Part shown: piece by piece, positions 58,819 through 64,000 of the stretch | How positions within the stretch are numbered: the first letter of the stretch is position 1 | Layout: every line of letters starts with the position of its first letter | Assembly: GCA_963816185.1 (NCBI GenBank) | Contig: CAWFJJ010000030.1 | Span: 480,001 to 544,000, forward strand | Source: Thermoanaerobaculia bacterium | GTDB taxonomy: Bacteria; Acidobacteriota; Thermoanaerobaculia; UBA5066 | Reading direction: 5' to 3' | Length of the DNA: 64,000 nucleotides | The notes under the pieces: generated by a model | What the model was told of the DNA's origin: nothing | Database searches by the model: none | Seen by the model: only the letters and a program-made list of their open reading frames with translations | Made by a program: the position numbers and the translations under genes

Positions 58819-59432
58819 GGACCTTTCTCGCGAGGCTCTTCGCCCGCCACGTCAGGCCTGAATTCGGCAAGCCGGGCCCGCGCCAGGAAGGCGGGGACCT
58901 GCCGCCGCACCTTTACGGCGTCATCGCCGAGTTCGCGAAGCCCGAGTCGCTCGTTCACGCGGTTCACGCGGTCCGCCAGGAGGGGTACCAGGTGATCGAG
59001 GCCTATACGCCCTATCCGATCGAGGAGCTGCACGACGCCATCGGCCACGGCCCTTCGCGCGTGCCGCTCCTCGCCCTGATCGGCGGGATTCTGGGCGGCC
59101 TCTTCGGATTCTTCCTCCAATACTGGACCTCCGCGGTCGATTTCCCGCTGAACATCGGCGGGCGCCCGTACAACAGCTGGGTCTCCTTCATCCCGATCAC
59201 GTTCGAGTGCACGATCCTCTTCGCGGGCATCGCGACCGTGCTCGGCATGCTCGTGCTGAACGGCCTGCCGATGCCGTACCACCCGGTCTTCTCCGTGCCG
59301 CGCTTCCAGCTCGCTTCGCGCGACCGGTACTTCCTGATGATCCTCGCGCGCGACCCTCGCTTCCGTGCCGGCGACACGTTCCGCTTCATGGAGACGCTCG
59401 GCGCGAGCCACGTCTCGGACGTGGAGGACTGA
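58815..59432 (+). CDS. actD: ACIII subunit D (DUF3341)
   Basis: AYTPYPIE, LNIGGRP, FIPITFE. Confidence 0.9.
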
Positions 59433-60154
59433 TGCGCCGGGATCTCTTCCAGGCCGGCGTGCCCTTTCTCGTGCTCCTCGTCGGCGGCTGCCGGAACGAC
59501 ATGCATCACCAGGCCAAGATCAAGCCGTTCCGCGAAAGCACGTTCTTTGCGGACGGCACCTCGGCCCGCCCATTGCCGGAGGGCACCGTCGCACGCGGCT
59601 TTCTCCGCGCCGACGCCGCGCTCTGGCGCGGCCAGGGGCCGGACGGCAAGTTCGTCGAGCAGATCCCCGTGCCCCTCACACGCGAGCTCCTTCTGCGCGG
59701 CCAGGAGCGCTTCAACATCTTTTGCTCGCCGTGCCACGGCCGGACGGGCGAGGGTCAGGGCATGATCGTGCAGCGCGGCTTCAAGCGCCCGAATTCCTTC
59801 CACGTCGACCGCCTGCGAGCCGAGCGCGCGGGCTACTTCTTCGACGTCATCACGAACGGCTTCGGCCAGATGTCGAGCTACGCCGTGCAGGTGACGCCCG
59901 AGGACCGCTGGGCGATCGTCGCGTGGATCCGAACCCTCCAGGCCTCCCAGCACATGCCCGGGAGATTTCTTAGAAAGGGGACCGAGAAGAATTGGACCGT
60001 GTTCCCGAATGAGCGATGTCAAGGGTCAAAGACCGCAGCGCGGCGCGCAAAGCGCGCGCTCTCGGGGGCTTACTTCGGGAGCCCCCGGACCCCCGTGTCG
60101 CCGCATATCAGAAGAACTCTCTTCCCCGGGTGCACATCCAGTTCCCGCAGCTGA
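59432..60154 (+). CDS. actE: ACIII subunit E, monoheme cytochrome c lipoprotein; C-terminus atypical
   Basis: Lipobox LVGGC, PEGTVARG, CSPCH, DRWAIVAW; the tail after about 59960 is not ActE-like. Confidence 0.88.
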   Translation: MRRDLFQAGVPFLVLLVGGCRNDMHHQAKIKPFRESTFFADGTSARPLPEGTVARGFLRADAALWRGQGPDGKFVEQIPVPLTRELLLRGQERFNIFCSPCHGRTGEGQGMIVQRGFKRPNSFHVDRLRAERAGYFFDVITNGFGQMSSYAVQVTPEDRWAIVAWIRTLQASQHMPGRFLRKGTEKNWTVFPNERCQGSKTAARRAKRALSGAYFGSPRTPVSPHIRRTLFPGCTSSSRS

Positions 60155-60160
60155 CATTGC
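60013..60160. repeat. About 150-bp structured, REP/MITE-like element between actE and actF
   Basis: Terminal GCGATGTCA / TGACATTGC near-inverted ends; internal hairpins GCGC-GCAAA-GCGC and CGGGGGCT-N9-AGCCCCCG. Confidence 0.5.
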
Positions 60161-60213
60161 CTCGCCCTCTTAACTTCTAAGAAATCTTCCTCTTCGTCTT
60201 CTTCCGAAACAAA

Positions 60214-61401
60214 ATGACCGAATCCCGCTGGGCCCCACCCCTCGCCGATCTCGCCGCCCTCGGGCGGCGCGGCCTCGTCATTGGGACGCTTGCCGCCCTC
60301 GTCTCGGCGGCCGGCCTCGTCGCGAACCCCGTCCAGTTCTACCGCTCGTACCTCGTGGCCTTCGTCTTCGTCCTCGGCGTCACACTGGGCAGCCTCGCGA
60401 TCTCGATGCTCCATCACATGTCGGGCGGCGCGTGGGGGCTCGTCATCCGCCGCATCCTCGAAGCGTCGACGCGCACGCTGCCGCTCGTCGCGCTCTTCGC
60501 GGTCCCGCTCCTTTTCGGGCTCAGGTACCTCTACCCGTGGGCCGACGCGGCCCGGGTCGCGGGGGACGAGATCCTGCGGCACCGCGCGCCCTACATGAAC
60601 CCGACCTTCTTCACCGTCCGGCTCGCGTTCTGCCTGCTCCTGTGGACGGTCTTCGCGCGGGCGCTGAGCCGCCTTTCCAGGAAGCAGGATGACGCGCCCG
60701 TGCCGGGCCTCGAGCGCCGGATGCAGCTCGTCGCGGCGCCCGGGCTCGTCGTCTACTGCCTCCTCGTCACGATCGCCTCGGTCGACCTCCTCATGTCGCT
60801 CGACCCGCACTGGTACTCGGCGATCTACGGCATGTACGTGGTCGGCGGTCAGGCCATCTCGGGCATGGCGTTCACGCTCCTCGTCAGCCTGTTCCTCGTG
60901 CGGAAGGGGCCGATGCGGGGGGTCCTCCAGCCCCGCCACGTGCACGACCATGGAAACCTCCTCCTTGCCTTCACGATGCTCTGGGCGTACTTCGCGGTTT
61001 CGCAGCTCATCATCATCTGGTCGGGAAACCTGCCCGAGGAGATCGGCTTCTTCCACGACCGGCTCAACGGCGGATGGGGCGCCCTTTCGTTGTTCCTCGC
61101 CCTCTTTCAATTCGCCGTTCCCTTCGTTTTTCTCCTGTCTCGAGACTTCAAGCGCGACATCGGGAAGCTGGCCTGGGCCGCGGGGCTCCTTCTCTTCATG
61201 CGGTGGGTGGATCTCTTCTGGCTCGCCTCTCCCGCCTTTCACCCTGGCGGGCCGCACCTCCACTGGCTGGACCTCACGACGCCCGTGGCTCTCTCCGGCC
61301 TCTGGCTCGCAGCGTTCGCACGCGAGTTGGGAACGCGCTCGCTCCTCCCGGCGAACGATCCGAACCTCGCGGTCGCCCTGGAGGTGGCCGCCCATGGCTG
61401 A
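60214..61401 (+). CDS. actF: ACIII subunit F
   Basis: GGAWG..IRR..EA, MSLDPHWYSAIYG, DHGNLLLAF...WAYF..SQ..IIW.GNLPEE. Confidence 0.92.
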   Translation: MTESRWAPPLADLAALGRRGLVIGTLAALVSAAGLVANPVQFYRSYLVAFVFVLGVTLGSLAISMLHHMSGGAWGLVIRRILEASTRTLPLVALFAVPLLFGLRYLYPWADAARVAGDEILRHRAPYMNPTFFTVRLAFCLLLWTVFARALSRLSRKQDDAPVPGLERRMQLVAAPGLVVYCLLVTIASVDLLMSLDPHWYSAIYGMYVVGGQAISGMAFTLLVSLFLVRKGPMRGVLQPRHVHDHGNLLLAFTMLWAYFAVSQLIIIWSGNLPEEIGFFHDRLNGGWGALSLFLALFQFAVPFVFLLSRDFKRDIGKLAWAAGLLLFMRWVDLFWLASPAFHPGGPHLHWLDLTTPVALSGLWLAAFARELGTRSLLPANDPNLAVALEVAAHG

Positions 61402-61828
61402 GCGGCAGGCTTCCCGCGCTCCCGCAGCCGGCGGAGGGCCGATCGACCACGAGCTGAATTTCCGCGGGATTCTCGGGTTCGTCGGCGGACTCACGGCCAT
61501 AACGCTCGTCGTCATGGGCCTCATGTGGGGCATCGCGGTCCTCCTCAAGGGCTCGCTTGCGCGAAAGGATCCCGCGCCGCCCGCGCTCGCCGAGGCCCGG
61601 GAGGCGCGCGTTCCCCCCGCGCCGAACCTGCAGCGGAATCCCACGGCCGACTTCGCGGCTTTCCGTGCCGCCGAGGACGCCGAGCTCGAGGCGTGGGCCT
61701 GGGTCGACAAGGAGAAGTCCGTCGCGCGCGTGCCGGTCGAACGCGCTCTCGAGATCGTCGCCGCGCGCGGCCTGCCCCCGCCGCCGCCCATGCCGCCGCC
61801 CGCGCCGGCCACAGAGTCAGCGAAATGA
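61394..61828 (+). CDS. ACIII subunit G-like single-TM protein
   Basis: One TM, PPAPNLQ, WVDKEK..ARVPVERA; position between actF and SCO. Confidence 0.75.
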   Translation: MAERQASRAPAAGGGPIDHELNFRGILGFVGGLTAITLVVMGLMWGIAVLLKGSLARKDPAPPALAEAREARVPPAPNLQRNPTADFAAFRAAEDAELEAWAWVDKEKSVARVPVERALEIVAARGLPPPPPMPPPAPATESAK

Positions 61829-62676
61829 AGCGCATTTCTTTCGTCTCCTATCTCACGTTCGTCGCGCTGTTGCTCGTTCCTGCCGCGCGCCTCGGCGCCT
61901 CGGGAGCTCCGGGCTCTCCGCCGCCGGACGCTCCGCTGCCGCCGCCTCCCGTCAAGGACGTCGGCTTCGATCAGAAGCTCGGGGAAGAGATCCCGCTCGA
62001 CCTCGTCTTCCGCGACGAGGCGGGCGCGAGCGTCCGCCTTTCGACGTACTTCGGGAAGCGCCCCGTCGTCCTGTCCCTCGTCTACTTCACCTGCCCGATG
62101 CTCTGCGGCATGACGACCGACGGCCTCGTGCGCAGCGTGCGCGCCCTGAAATTCGAGCCGGGGACCGACTACGAGATCCTTTCGGTGAGCTTCGACCCCC
62201 GCGACACCCCCGAGGCGGCATCCGAGAAGAAGCGCACGGTCATGGCGCAATACGGGCGGAAGAGCGGACCCGGAGGCTGGCATTTCCTGACGGGCGACGC
62301 CGCCTCGATCGCCGCCCTCACGAAGGCCGTCGGATTCCGGTACGTGTGGGACGCGGAGCAGAAGCAGTTTGCCCACGCGACCGGTATCACGGTCCTCACC
62401 CCGCAGGGTCGCATCGCGAAGGTCCTCTTCGGGATCGAATACCCGGCGAAGGACCTTCGCCTCGCGCTCATCGAGGCGTCGGAGGAGAAGATCGGCAACG
62501 TCGTCGACCAGCTCCTGCTCCTGTGCTTCCATTACGACCCAAAGGCGGGTCGGTACACGACGACGGTGCAGAACTTCGTCCGGGCCGGCGGGGTGATCAC
62601 GTTCGTTCTCCTCGCGGGTTTCGTGACGATCATGCTGCGGAAAGAGCGCGCGAACGCCGGGAAAGCGCCGCGATGA
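61825..62676 (+). CDS. SCO1/SenC family copper chaperone
   Basis: [23 protein letters not shown]. Confidence 0.92.
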   Translation: MKRISFVSYLTFVALLLVPAARLGASGAPGSPPPDAPLPPPPVKDVGFDQKLGEEIPLDLVFRDEAGASVRLSTYFGKRPVVLSLVYFTCPMLCGMTTDGLVRSVRALKFEPGTDYEILSVSFDPRDTPEAASEKKRTVMAQYGRKSGPGGWHFLTGDAASIAALTKAVGFRYVWDAEQKQFAHATGITVLTPQGRIAKVLFGIEYPAKDLRLALIEASEEKIGNVVDQLLLLCFHYDPKAGRYTTTVQNFVRAGGVITFVLLAGFVTIMLRKERANAGKAPR

Positions 62677-63644
62677 TCCCGAGCTCTCCCCTTCTCCCCG
62701 ATCAGGCCTCGGACGTCGCCCGGTCCGTCGACCACCTCATGCTCTTCGCCCTCTCCGGACTCGTCTTCTTCTCGGCGCTCATCGCGATTCTCGTCCTCGT
62801 CTTCATGGTGAAGTACCGCCGCCGGGCCGACGACCAGGTCGGAATCGACATCTACGAGACGAATCCGAAGTCCCACGTCCTCGAGATCGTGTGGTCCGTC
62901 ATCCCGCTCACCCTCCTGCTGATCCTTTTCGGCTGGGGCACGAAGGTCTTCTTCGACGAGAACCGACCGCCCGCCGGCGCCGAGCAGTACTGGGTCACGG
63001 GCCGACAGTGGATGTGGAAGATCCAGCATCCCGACGGGCGCCGCGAGATCAACGAGCTTCACGTCCCGCTCGGCAAGGCCATTCAGCTCCGGATGATCTC
63101 CGAGGACGTCATTCACGACTTCTTCGTGCCCGCGTTCCGCATCCACGTGGACGTCCTTCCCTCGCGATACACGACGTACTGGTTCAAGGCGAATCGCACC
63201 GGCACGTTCCACCTCTTCTGCGGCCAGTACTGCGGCACCGAGCACTCGAAGATGGTCGGCCACGTCGTCGTGATGGAGCCGCGCGCTTACGAGGCGTGGC
63301 TCGCGGGCGAGAAGACGGGCCCGTCGGCCGTCGCATCCGGCGCGGATCTTTTCATCGCGAAGTCGTGCAACACCTGCCACCGGCCCGACAGCTCGGCGCG
63401 CGCGCCGATCCTGAACGGGGTCTTCGGAACACAGGCATCCCTGAACGACGGCACGAAGGTCCTCGTGAACGAGGATTACGTCCGCGAGTCGATCCTGAAC
63501 CCCGCTGCGAAGGTCGTGGCCGGCTACCAGCCCGTTATGCCCACGTTCAAGGGGCAGGTTTCGGAGGAGGAGCTCATCCAGCTCGTCAACTACGTCAAGT
63601 CGCTCAAAGGCGCATCGACCTCGACCGCGGAGGCGGGGAGATGA
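62673..63644 (+). CDS. coxB: Cytochrome c oxidase subunit II with fused cytochrome c (caa3-type)
   Basis: [29 protein letters not shown] (CuA), CNTCH. Confidence 0.95.
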   Translation: MIPSSPLLPDQASDVARSVDHLMLFALSGLVFFSALIAILVLVFMVKYRRRADDQVGIDIYETNPKSHVLEIVWSVIPLTLLLILFGWGTKVFFDENRPPAGAEQYWVTGRQWMWKIQHPDGRREINELHVPLGKAIQLRMISEDVIHDFFVPAFRIHVDVLPSRYTTYWFKANRTGTFHLFCGQYCGTEHSKMVGHVVVMEPRAYEAWLAGEKTGPSAVASGADLFIAKSCNTCHRPDSSARAPILNGVFGTQASLNDGTKVLVNEDYVRESILNPAAKVVAGYQPVMPTFKGQVSEEELIQLVNYVKSLKGASTSTAEAGR

Positions 63645-64000
63645 CCCCGGGCGCGGCCGCAACTCCCGTGCTGCGGGGGACGAACGCCGACGGCAGCCCG
63701 CGCGTCCATTACCTCAACGCCGCCTACGGCCTGAAGTCGTGGCTGCTGACGAGAGACCACAAGCGGATCGCGCTTCTCTATCTCTTCTCGGTCACGTTCT
63801 TCTTCGCGCTCGGCGGCCTCATGGCGGTGCTGATCCGCATGGAGCTCGTGACGCCGGCGGGCGACCTCTTCCAGCCGGACATCTACAACCGGCTGTTCAC
63901 GATGCACGGCGTGCTGATGATCTTCTTCTTCCTGATTCCCGGGGTTCCGGCCGTCCTCGGGAACTTCCTGATCCCGCTCATGATCGGCGCGAAGGACCTC
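63641..64000 (+). CDS. coxA: Cytochrome c oxidase subunit I, 3' partial
   Basis: [41 protein letters not shown]. Confidence 0.93.
   Translation, partial: MTPGAAATPVLRGTNADGSPRVHYLNAAYGLKSWLLTRDHKRIALLYLFSVTFFFALGGLMAVLIRMELVTPAGDLFQPDIYNRLFTMHGVLMIFFFLIPGVPAVLGNFLIPLMIGAKDL

Noticed and set aside
60152-60217. Selenocysteine or stop read-through at the actE TGA
   Set aside because: No convincing SECIS-like hairpin immediately downstream and the context is not a catalytic Cys position

Overview
High-GC (roughly 68-70% by eye) bacterial chromosomal window; gene content and style suggest Acidobacteriota (Thermoanaerobaculia-like), which is an inference. It is mostly core genome: folK, cysE, mnmA, glyQ/glyS, recO, mqnE, the rimP-nusA-infB-rbfA-truB-rpsO-pnp cluster, and an alternative complex III (actA-G) plus SCO and caa3-type oxidase operon running off the right edge. 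Accessory content includes a DNA-repair radical SAM/AlkD-like pair, tandem unknown membrane-anchored paralogs, an Os1348/NHLP-like small protein heading a TolC-RND-ABC export operon, a Fic pseudogene and a Cu ATPase. No rRNA, tRNA, CRISPR array or transposase was seen. The most striking unexplained signal is an AT-rich, asymmetric motif, RRGAT(T/C)TCTTAGAAGG(T/G)GAAR with purine-rich flanks. It has 11 exact TTCTTAGAA cores, 4 near-exact cores and about 9 TTCTTNGAA-type variants. It sits mostly inside genes regardless of strand or frame, often as convergent pairs 90-330 bp apart, and coincides with Ser-rich or Glu/Lys-rich low-complexity stretches in conserved proteins.
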